Positions 22,868-35,400 of a stretch of 64,000 nt of DNA are shown here, one piece after another; within the stretch, counting starts at the first letter, position 1, and each line of letters begins with the position of its first letter. The notes under the pieces were generated by a model. The model saw only the letters and a list, made by a program, of their open reading frames with translations, did not search any database and was not told the DNA's origin. Where the stretch lies: positions 558,001-622,000 of the forward strand of contig NOWV01000016.1 of the NCBI GenBank assembly GCA_003344405.1, read 5' to 3'. This stretch comes from Trichoplax sp. H2. Taxonomy: Eukaryota. Both the position numbers and the translations under genes were made by a program.

Positions 22868-25800
22868 TTAAGTTTCTTGGGTCAGAATTTTCTTCATTTC
22901 TGCTAGACTTAATTGCAAAGCTTCTGCAAAGTCCAGGAGATTTGTTGCTGTGGAATCGTTAAAAGTTGTACAAATGAATAAGATATTGTCAGGAAGTAAA
23001 TTATATCCAATACCGTAACAGTCGGAGTTTACTGGTCCAAAGCTCATACAAATTGGATGCTTAAAAGGTACCTGATAATAGATAACGCGAACACAATTAA
23101 TCAAACATATAACCTAACTATTATTCGACTAAAATCTTACGTATTTATGCTTTAGTTACCGCCATTATCGTATTTTACTAATAACCTGGCTTGTGGACAA
23201 CTCAATGAAGAAACTCTTAACGAATCCTGAGCTTGTAAACAATTTTGGCATTTCAGATAGATTTTCTTCCGCTGCCATTTTCATTCCCAGAAAGTGTCTA
23301 TCCCAACCCTGGGCTACATTGGCCTGCAATTGCAGAAAAGGGCAACAAGGTTATGCATGCTAGTTAAATATAACTGCTGATAAAAAGAGTCGATATAACA
23401 TAACCAGTCACAGTTTTTTGTTCGTATACCTCTGACGCAAGTTTTTTGTGTGCCACAATTGCTTGTTTTAATAAGTCACGCTTTACAGAGACCTAATAAG
23501 ATGTAGTTTCAAGTTTTAAGGTAATAGCATTTTTATTTAACAGAACCGTACAACTACAGCACAATATACAGTGAATCGACTTTGTTATATTCACAGTTGC
23601 ATTTGCAACATATGCAAAATAATAAAGTAGGAAATACCTCAATATCATCAGAAAAGGCTGCTTCTGCAAACGCCTTAGCTTCAAGTGAAGCAGAACGTAT
23701 AGTTTCAGTTCGACCAAGAAGATATAGCCTAGTTGACCCACTTTCATACGTGGAAGCCATCCTACTATGAATCCTAATGCATGGAGTAATATTAAAGATA
23801 AATTATTCCTTTATACAATACTTTGTTCATACTATTTCTATAATAGATCGCAATTTTGGGTGATCCCTTTCTTACCTGTAGAATGCTATTTGCATTGCCG
23901 TTTGAAAAAAACTATCAGGACTCAGAGATTGCGATTTTATAAAATTTTTACCATAATCTTTAAAATTGAGTGATCGTAAATTCAAGCTGGTAATCAGTCT
24001 AGATGAAAATAATAGTAACGCAGATAATTTATGAGCTCGTTATCTTTCATATCCAGCTATATATTGCTTAGATGTAACATACTTATCAATCTTCAGAATA
24101 GAATCCTTGATAGCCGTTATAGTATCATTATCTACATTGAAATTTAAGTCTTTTACAGCAACAGTATTACTACTGGTGTCTTTGTACTCATTTTCAGTTA
24201 TATTGTCACTAGAATGGAAAATAGAAAGTTTGCAGTATCAAAGGAGTTAGGAATATAGGTAATTAGAAGCTTGAATAAATAGAGATCTCAATATGACTTC
24301 TTAATTGTCATCAATTGTTCAACAGTTAAATAATGATAGATTATCTTTTATTGAAGCTCTACGCATATTTACCACCGAGATAGAATGTAATCGACTAAAT
24401 TCATAACTGGTGTTCCATCGCATTCCGAATGTTCATAAATTAAGCCATTGTCACCATTAGAGTTTATAATAAACTGTAAATTAACATTGAATAGTTTAAT
24501 ATTGAATATGCTCTTAAGTTAATTTAAATTAATGACAATACTTGCCTGCAAGGTCTTATCGAACCAACGATTGGGTGTATTCTTTGTACTACCTCCTCCA
24601 TGCAGCATTTGTCCATATGAAGCATTGCGGCTACCATCATCATTATCCATGAAGAGATGTGACTGTACATTATTTAAACCAGAATTATCTTGATCAAAAC
24701 ATAACATGAACATCGATTTTTGAATCTTCTCGATCGACTCAGCGCTCATCTGATCTGTAAAGTACAGCAAAATTGATACTTATTATCTGGGGTACCATCA
24801 ACAGCCTGGCATTGTATTGCATACTACGATTACAGTAGCAATTTTTATTAATTATACGTATGTATGAGTATTCACCTTTCATCAACAGATCATATGACTT
24901 GAACCATGAATCACGATCTGATGTTGTTAGCACGCCAATTGGCGGCGCAGGCCTCCATGATTTTTCAAATACACAATTAAGCTGTTGTTCAATCATCTCC
25001 CGACTGTAAATTTGATCGTTTTTCGCTACTTCGACTGCAAAAAACTATCCAAAGAAAGATAATTATTTGGTATAAATATACGATATACTGATGTAACCTT
25101 ATATCGAAAAGTAGTAATCATATTTACGTGATTGTTATGTACTACAACGATAAACTCCGGCTGTCCAGGTTCTGGAGAACATTGAGCAATACTATCGGCA
25201 GTTTTTCCAGGAATGCGACAGGAATAGAAAAGTTTTGTGTACTGCACCATACACACGGGGTGCTTACCGCTTTTATCCACAGGTAGATCCTCGCTGATGT
25301 ATAATTGTAAATATCATGCAAACAGAAAAATTGTATATTCATTTTCAATAATGGATACAGACTACATAGAATAAGAGCTTTTTGAAGATGGTAGTTGCAA
25401 TCTATCGATTAGTATATTCTGAAGAGAAGAAGTATTACTTTAATTGTATCAAAGTGGCAACTAAGATTTGTCGATTGCATTTTATCAGACATTCACTGCT
25501 TAATAATAAGTTATCCATTAGTTTAATTGAGTTTCCGTTATTCCATAAAAGTAATCATATTTATTGTGGTGCACAATGACCTAATGTTATAGAACGTAAT
25601 CACAAACTTTAAACAAAATGGAACTAACCCCTTGATTTTATAGTAAAATTCGATTATAGCTATAATCATCTTGGCGGCAAATCTATAACACGAATCAAGG
25701 TCGTTATTAATGACAGAGACAAGCAGTTTACGGTAAATTCATCCATATAACTAAACATGAAATTGAGCGAAATAAAAAAATATTTTAAAATATTGATAAT

Positions 25801-26574
25801 ATAATATGAAAACTAATGACATCCAATGTTAAATTTATGTTTAAAGTTTGATCAGATAGGAATATTTAGGTAAGGTTGAGCAGAGATAAGTAGCGATAAT
25901 TAATTAGATCAACTTTCATTGCATTTACTCACTCAATTTGCTGGCTCTTTTTTCGAAATGAGCGTTTCGGAAACAGAAATGCCGGACTGGTATGTACACA
26001 TATGGGATACCGTGGATCCAGGTACTCGCTTTTCATCCACCAATCGTGTAACTGGTATAAAAGATGAATAAATATTAGAGGAATAGAGCATTTTAATTAC
26101 TAAAGAAATGGAAGGTCAATTAGTTCTTCATCAAATATCACATCCAGTTCAGTCGTTATATTTACCACTACAATTCCTTGCACACATAAGTTTTACTTAA
26201 TTAGTATTGCAGAAGAGAAACTGAATACTAACTATATCGCACTTCACCGTAGATAATTGCAAGCACATTGCATTGGTAGTCTATTTCATTTACTCTTTAA
26301 TGGTCGAGCTTTAAACGTATGGTATTATCTAATACAGTATAGCATACTATACGATTCTTACCCAGCTGTCGTGTGTTTTTGCTTTCTGTTGAATCATCTT
26401 TGTTAATTTGTCTCCCATTCCTCCAGGTTGACCAAATTCCTTAACAATATTATCATTTGATTGGTATTCATTATCATCTACTAGAGCTTTTAATGAACGC
26501 AAGTACTTGGTTAACGTTTCTTGTAGTCGTGGTACAGGTAAACGGGGAAGAGATTCTTGATGTGCTAACATCAT
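22868..26574 (-). CDS. CRAT: Carnitine O-acetyltransferase-like protein, copy B (multi-exon)
   Basis: Motifs LPRLPVPRLQETL, YEHSECDG, TYESGSTRLYLLGRTETIRS, LSTSQ and CMSFGPVNSDCYGIGYN. Same exon structure as copy A. TET (not the VDN of ChAT) indicates the carnitine type. Exact orthology within the family is uncertain. Confidence 0.85.
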
Positions 26575-29090
26575 TTTGTAGACCTATTTCGCAAAAATAT
26601 CAATCGTATTCGATTTAATGTCATATCGTACTAAACGTTAAATTCTTCATTTGTACATGCAGTAGTGATACGCTTTCAAATCCTGCTTTAAAGTGGCAAA
26701 CTTCATTATTTCTATCCACTTTATTTGGCAAGACAAGCCGTATTAATTGAGTGATTTGAAATCTTGACAGAAATTTCTATGTTGAGCACCGCAATAAGAG
26801 CTAATACGATATATCAATATTACTTGTAATTATTTGCTGACGGAGCGAGTTGATCAAATGAATTAAAGATTACAATTTGGTTTCCGATCTATAACTTGGA
26901 GTAGTGAAGTAGTTGGTATCGTCGATTTCGTAGTGTACAGTATTTGTATTTTCGGAGGTAAAGCAATCCATAAGTTTACTGTACTATAGTTTTTTTCACA
27001 GCAGCGATTCTATCCGCTAGTATGCTGTATTAACAGGTATGAATTTATCACATATTTTATTGATTAGTTGATAAATGATGACAACAATTATAGCAACCAT
27101 AGTAGTACGCTGTTATTGCACTATACAAACAATTGCATGGACGTTATAACCGAAATAGGGCTGAAAAAATGGTAAAATAAAACGATTTTATCCTAAATTA
27201 TTTTCTATGATCAAGACTAGTATGGATCGATTACAGAGCGCTATCCTGTACGTATACTGCAAGAGACACTTAGTACTTCAACAGTTCAAATTTTATTATG
27301 GAGTCCACCTTGGATCACAAATTAAAAATATAAATGCTCCTAAGAAGCAAAACTGTCTAAATAAAGCTGCCAATATTACATTTTTGTAATAATTTCGTTC
27401 GAAGGAATAGCTTGACAACTATACTGTAGGTGCTCCTCATTGCTATTGCAATGGATATATTAAATCATCGCTGGCAATTTATATAGTAATTGTTGTATTC
27501 TTATCATTTTATTGTTGAAACGAAGTGCTCTAAACTCGATAGGAGGCTAACTTATCCTTATTCATGTACTCATGTAATGCTATTAGTCATTCAACGTATA
27601 ATCAACGTCAGAACACATGGATGATTTGCAGTGAAAAGTCATTAAAATCAGCCAGAAGACGAATAAAATGATACGTCGACATCAGCATGACCGTATTTGA
27701 TATGATGAAAGCTTAGATCTGCAATTAATCCTATTCAGAAATTGCAATTTTTCTAAAGGGCTAAAGAGTATCCATAAAATTAAATTGGATCTATCAGTGA
27801 ATGGTAGTAATCGACAGATACGGATACTACATTCAAGATAGGTATTTGGGATGCAACTTTAATTCTAAAGTTATTTTGTAAGAATGGTTCAAAATGTACT
27901 GTAAATAATAAAATAAATGAAGTTGGTGTTCATGTAGAGCATGGCATGGCAGCGATCCTTTACTACTTTTTTTTAGGTAACCGATTCTACGCCTATACTA
28001 TTGATATATTATCACTTTAATATTAAGCATATTGATTAACCTTATGGTTGATCCAGGCAGAGAAAAATTAACACTTGTTCAAAATCAACGTACGTAGGCT
28101 TTATAAGTTTGGAGGTTTTATCCAATTGAAAAATTCACCATCATGGCGAATTACTTTTTAGCAATGCATCATACTACTGTTAACAAGAGACTGCCTCGTC
28201 CAAGGGTCAATATCTCATCTATTTTTGCTGTACGAAAGGATTTTACAAGATTTTTCAACACTTTTAAATCAATGAATTAAGTCAGAAAATGACCACATCT
28301 ACGATATAACTTGAAGTTGTAAATAACGCAAATGAATCTACCTAGACAGCTGTACAATCGGAGTATCTGATCGCTAGGCTGGCTATTTTTATGCTTTACT
28401 TTACCTTGTATCCAGTTGCAAGCAAGCTGAGTATAATCTTTCAAGTGAAATGTACTGTATAAATCGTTGTGATCACCAGGCAATTTTGAACTGCAATAGC
28501 TATAACAAGTGAAAATATCTGGCGATGATCCAATCCTTTTACCGATTGATTGATTGATATACAAGGAGAAATGGAGGTTAAATGAAGGTAGTGTCTGCCT
28601 TGATGAATAGGAAATTTTAATTCATACGCAGTCTATTGACATAAAAGGCAACTTTCCATGTTGCTTCGGAATCGTGTCTACTCTATGCACAGTCTTGTAT
28701 TAGTTTTTGCAGGTTAATGTCGCGTTGTTGTACTCTACATGTGGAGGTGTATAGCACGCTAGATATGATGCAGCTTGAGTAAATAAATAAAAGGCAAAGA
28801 TTCCATGCGATCTGGACGTTTTTTGTTGCCGATTCTATTTGTTTACTTTCCTGGATTTTATTAACAAATTGAATCGGTTGCAAGTCGAGTTGCATACAGC
28901 CCAATCGAACTATGGATTAGTATTGCGTTTGGACAAGAAGCGTTGCACTAAATGGTCCATAGTGACGATAGTGTGATCCATTGTCGAGCTGCAGCCCAAA
29001 CAAACAGTAATGGAAGAAATTTAGAAAGAGAAGAAATACAACTGACAAGGCAAGCAAAAGCATTCCTTTTACAGTAGTTGTAGTCTTGGT

Positions 29091-30529
29091 ATGTGTACCA
29101 AGATACAAAAAATGATGATGAAATTGCATCAAATGAAGAAATCTGAGTTTGGGCTAGCAAATAAAGTAAAATGGGATCAATAATAATTAATTAATCAGAT
29201 CATTTGCAACAGGGTACAACACTCTCTCATTCATCAGTCATATTGGAACATTTTTAGCGAGACTGTATAGAGTCATGAACTCGATGCCCGTGATATAGTG
29301 AAAGTGTGAAAGACAGATTGTTGTCACGAGGTGATAGAGTACGAAAACGGCATATATGGACAGAATATTGGGAGTGATTTTACTCTATCCAAGCCTTGGG
29401 ATATGATGATGACGATAGAGAAGTTTGCCCTACGAGAGATTACTAACTATAAAGAAATACACTAACTCTACCCTCTGTATACGTGCATTATTGTTATCCA
29501 ATTTTTTGTTGCTTTTTCCACTGTAGAGGCAGATGGAGTAATGCAGTTGGAAAAGTTTTATTCACTTTATTGCACTGTGAGTGCAAAGGGGGATAGCATG
29601 GACAACTGCATCTGGCATCGTTAAGGCATTCTTGTAATAAACCAGATGTGCTTAGCGGCGATAGTGACCAACTAATCGTCAAAGGCATGTCTACTCGTAG
29701 TAGCCCATTCTATTAATACACCTTAAGCTCCAATACTTCCCTCAAGTTACTCCATCAATTTTGAAATACATCTACAATTACAATAGTGCAACGAATGGGA
29801 TAGGATGTGTTATCATCCAAGTATAAAATCCAGTCCATTGGCTAAATGCCTAGTCAATTTGCAAAATGCCATACATCTTGTATTATTAACCGATGGCAAT
29901 GTTTTAATGCTAATGTTAAGTGTAGCAGTAAATGTCATAATCAGAGAGCTTGTAAAAATAAANNNNNNNNNNNNNNNNNNNNATGTGTACCAAGATACAA
30001 AAAATGATGATGAAATGGCATCAAATGAAGAAATCTGAGTTTGGGCTAGCAAATAAAGTAAAATGGGATCAATAATAAGTAATTAATCAGATCATTTGCA
30101 ACAGGGTACAACACTCTCTCATTCATCAGTCATATTGGAACATTTTTAGCGAGACTGTATAGAGTCATGAACTCGATGCCCGTGATATAGTGAAAGTGTG
30201 AAAGATAGATTGTTGTCACAAGGTGATAGAGTACGAAAACGGCATATATGGACCGAATATTGGGAGTGATCCCATTCTATTTATACACCTTAAGCTCCAA
30301 TACTTCCCTCAAGTTGCTCCATCAATTTTGAAATACATCTACAATTACAATAGTGCAATGAATGGGATAGGATGTGTTATCATCCAAGTATAAAATCCAG
30401 TCCATTGGCTAAATGCCTAGTCAATTTGCAAAATGCCATACATCTTGCATTATTAACCGATAGCAATGTTTTAATGCTAATGTTAAGTGTAGCATTAAAT
30501 GTCATAATCAGAGAGCTTGTAAAAATAAA
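29091..30529. repeat. Duplicated sequence flanking a 20-N assembly gap (29963-29982)
   Basis: 29091-29378 matches 29983-30270 and 29704-29962 matches 30271-30529. The segment 29379-29703 is absent from the second copy. Confidence 0.9.
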
Positions 30530-30532
30530 TAA
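29860..30532 (+). mobile_element. Decayed transposase/integrase C-terminal Cys-rich remnant (two copies: 29860-29962 and 30427-30532)
   Basis: A frame not shown in the ORF track reads (C)KCHTSCIINRWQCFNANVKCSSKCHNQRACKNK*. This resembles the CxCxxxC..RCxC......CxSxCH....CxNK tail that I recall from KRBA2/SCAND3-like (Ginger-type) integrases. It has a frameshift before it and an in-frame TAG in copy 2. Confidence 0.45.
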
Positions 30533-32481
30533 TAATTTTCATAATCAGAATATTATCAATTCAATAATAACTACTTCGATTATAATAGTATCTCTAAATG
30601 TTTGGCAATTACTTCAGTAATTGCAAGTTACCTATGTATTGATTATTTGAATTAATCTATTATAATTAAAATCATCCAAGAAATAGAGATTTTCTGGGTT
30701 TTTTATTTAGTAATATTACTGCATGAAGAAAGATAATTTCTCTGATTTATAAAGAAAGACGAATTTACTGATGGACGTGTTTTGCTATTTTTGCAGTTTG
30801 CGAACTGACTATAGCACTGTAGGTAAATCTACGCTTACAGTAACCCTAATCATCTTACTGCATTCATTCATTCATTCAATGTGGACATGATAACTGTAGA
30901 TTACAGTAGTTGTAGATCTCTTGTAAGAATCTAAGACCACTTTTACAATAACGAAGTAGAAAAATTAAGGTCGTAAAGTACTTGTCCGGATGCTAGTCGT
31001 GATTCTATAGTATGCGCAAACCGTACTGGTACGGACTACGAGTAGATATAGCACAGTAGAAGGAATGAACGATATAGTAGCAGTAATTCAAACTTGCTTG
31101 AAGCAGAGATATTCAGTGTATTATTGTATAGGAACTGCATGTAATTTACTTTTCCATGGTTATACGGTATGTTGATATTTACTTTTACATCAATGAGCGA
31201 TTTTCTGATAGTATTTCTCTTATAATAGACGTCAAAAAAAGGCTTTAAAAACAACTTCGAAAAAATGAATTAATTGGAAGCTTTGTCAGCTTTCCTTCTA
31301 GCAGTCTGTAGAATCAACCTGAATGTCCGATGCGCATGCACAAGCCAAATTACCATGGTTTCCTTTCAACGCTATCTAATAACGTAAAGTTAAACGGAAA
31401 TTGCTGCAAGCTCTTATGATTATCAAATCGATTCAATTATCCATACAAGTATTCTAGGGTAGAAAATCACTGTAATTCATAATAATATACATGACTTCGT
31501 ATACTGGAAATCAAAAACATACTACTAGGCTAAATTGACTCTTGATACAGTAATCTTTTGCATCAAGCGATACTTGGATGAATTTGTACTGCGGTGGAGT
31601 TATAGTCGATAAGATGCACTTTAATACGTACATATAGGAAGGATAGTTATTCAATTCTTAACTGTACATGTATATCAAATTAGACAGTGGTACGCAATTT
31701 TTTTCAATATCTTATATGCGTAGATGCAGGCTTTCACTTCTTTTCCTCTACGTTATGATCCGACAAACGTCGGTAGTCGGTAGTTAGGTTATTTAGCGTT
31801 CACTTGGACTCGATGATTGGTTTGCAGCAGATTGGCCATACTCACCTTTTCTCCACTGCCACAATAATACAATAATTATTTTACTCTAATCGATTAGCAA
31901 AGAGTAATCAATTGCTCAGTAAATTAAAAAGTGATGCAAATATCACTACATTGATTGGCAATCTCAAATAGGCAATTATACGCTTATGCCGGTACTTTCA
32001 GCAGCTGTTAGAAAATCAAAGGTAAATACTAATTTATTATAGATATTTATTAAGTAACTAATTGTATCTGCTTCTTTCAGACGACAAAGGCTTTAACAAA
32101 TTCTATAATATCGTTATTGATTTCAGTAATAGTCTCTATTATTCATTTTTAAGATACTTGTAATCTAAAACCTAATTTAATCCAGACATTGTAGTAATCA
32201 TAAATATCAGTAAAGTATTAATACATCACAACCGACTGTGAACAAGAATAACAATTGAGTTATATCCTTTACACAACGCTTAAATCTATCCATACGGATT
32301 TTACAGGTTTAAATTTTTAAAATTCGCCGTAAAGTTATCGTTCTAGTCAGTACTTTCTAAGTGTCAAGTTTTATATTAGACTACAGTTAAGTTTTCTATG
32401 ATTCGTTGTTTATTACGATATAAAATGAAAAGAAATTAATTGTGCCATGGTGACAAAATAGCTTATGTATTTTCATTACAG

Positions 32482-35400
32482 GAAGCTCCAAGAAAAGTGT
32501 TCCAAATCTCAACATTTATGTCACATTATGGAATCATTTAATTTATTAGAAAATCAAGACAGTATTATTGCTAACTTTCACAACTATATCAAACTCTTAA
32601 ATGATGATTTTGATGATGGAGTCTTATACATCGACAATATTACTAAATTGTCAGCAAATTTGTGCGGTATTGAACAAAAGTTACATATATATGGTAATAA
32701 ACTAAAGTAATGCTAATTCTTAATATAAAATTATAAAAATTATTGAATAATCCTTCAAATATGCTCACATCTTTTTCAATTTTAATCATAGCAACAATTG
32801 AACGAGATATTCTCTGGAGGCTGGTAGTGATTGTGTCGACTTTACTGGAATGCAATCACAAAGATATAGCATTAACCCTCCTTGACTGTATTGTTGAGCA
32901 TGGTTCAATGTATAATCAGTATAGCTATGCTATGGCTGTTCATATGCTAGCTTCGACCCATCTTAAGAAATCTGATTACTCTAAGGCTTTGCCTTTATAC
33001 GATTCTTGCTTAAAACTTGTAAACGATCTTAGCATCTATGATATTGAAATCAAATGTCACCTTGATTTAAGTCGCGCCTATATTGCCATCAATGATACCA
33101 AAATGGCTATTTTACATTATGAAAGCGCGTTGTATGTTGGAAAGAAAGGTAGTAAAAATTATGACAATAAGAAAAATTCGGATGAAATCAGTAGATATGT
33201 ACTTAGCAAGCTTAATGCATCGCATGATAACGATTCAAATACGCCCAGCATCACTAGCAGTTCAATTCAAGATTGGACAGTGGAATTTGAGAATGAAAAT
33301 CTAGCAGGTAGCTCTCAATATGTCTTTAAAGTTTTAGGCAGCAATGATAAGTTGACCGGAGAACATTGGCTTCATAGTGAAGAAGAAGTTATAGGAAAGC
33401 TAAGTGTAATGTATAAAGTTCTTGGATTATATAAAGAAGCTTTAAAATATGCTACATCGCACATCAAGGTCTTGAATACTAGAGTAGGAAATCATGACGC
33501 TAATTTACTACTTAAACAAAAGCTCACCAAAGAAATAACAATTCAATCTAGTGGTGAAAATCATGAAAAGAAAGTTAATAATAGTCAATTGAAACATTCA
33601 TCGGACGAAGTAAATCAAAAATGCGAGAGCCATGACCTCACAGAATCAACAATAAAAAATGATGACGATAAGAGTAAAGATACTGAGGGAGAACCTGGCG
33701 ATTCATTACAAATTTTGCTGTTGGAGGCCCACGCTAATCTTGGATCTATTTATTTATTATTACAAGAGTATAAACTTGCTATCGCTGCATATGAAGCTCT
33801 AGCTGTTTTAAGCAGGAAAGCCAACAAAACTCTAATGCTTGGTACCGCATATGGAAGTATTGGTGTAGCGTACTCTAAAATGGGCAATTATAGTTTAGCT
33901 TTAGCTTACTGCGAGCAACAGCTACATTTATCTATGAAAGCTGCCGATTCATCATCACAAATGGATGCTTTGCTAAAACTAGGAGATATCTGTCAGTCGT
34001 CTGGTGAATTATTAAAGGCTATAAATTATTACGATAAGACATTAACTCTTTCACTAAGAACATATAGTATCCAATACGAAGCTTGTTGTAAATTGACTGC
34101 AGTCTATTATACCATGAAACATTATCGACAAGCGCAAATTAGTGCCGAACAAGCTCTACGATTAGCAAAGCAAATGTTGGATTATGATAAAGAAATGATC
34201 AGCAAATATCATCTATCCTATTTGCATTGCCTTCAAAATAATTACGAACAGTCTATTGTTTTTCTATATGAAGTTGTTTCATATTTTGAAAATGACTTAT
34301 CGCGTTATGAAATTGAATTATTAAATTCTTACCGTTATATACAGGAAGTATTGATAAAACTAGATAGAGTAGATGAAGCATTAATGTATGCTGAGAAGTA
34401 TAATTCCTTTCGTTTAGTAGAATTTGTTAAATTGAGGGATCAATTTCATGGATCACGACGTGATAATTACTCATTATCATTAGAGGAAATTTTAAGTGCT
34501 ACACAAAGTATGTCATCCGATTCCATGCTTCTCTACTATTCAGTGGTTCATGGATATATCTACTTGTGGTTAATATCACCTACACGAGACATTATTCGAT
34601 TCCATCAAGTTAAATTGAAAGGCATCGGATATCTATGTAATCAGATGCAAAATTTTAGTAACATAGGCAGATCTGCAGTGTTGAGAAAAAAACGTACCAC
34701 CTCACCAGAAAATTCCGACTCCAAAATTATTCCTAATAATGCCGGAAAATCTGAAATGCCTTCAGCTAGAAGCGTTCTTGAAGATAAAGATCTGTTCAAT
34801 CAAAATGATTTGCAAAGATTATACTATCATACGGAAAATCGAAAGTTGTTTGATTATCGTCAAAGTCATTCAGTCCGTGATGATCCAACATTTCTTCATG
34901 AATTATATGAACGTATCCAGTGCAGTAGTGTGTTATCGGCTCTAAAAACCCTGTATGCTAAACTTATCTCACCTATTGAAAATGATCTCAATCTAGCTAG
35001 TATCGATCATTTAATCATAGTTTGTGGAAACCATTTAGCCTTTGTGCCGTATTATACATTATGTGATGCCTGTGGTACAAGTTTATATCAAAAATTTAAA
35101 GTCAGCATTTTCTCGTCTCTTCTAACACTGCAAATTGCCAATAGTAATGCTATGAAACATTCAATGTATAACTATGCTACTAGTTATCAAAAACCAAGGG
35201 TTCATGTTTACCCATACGATCTATCATTACAACAGTTTAAGGAAGGCGATAAAAAGGAAACTTCCGATAATATCATTCAATCTGAATGCATCTTAGTAGC
35301 TGGTAATCCTGTTTTCAAGCAAAAACTAGCAAGCAATGAACGTGTTTGGAAATCAAAGAATCCGTTATCAATGTCGTTAGACGAAGTTAGGCAAATTGGA

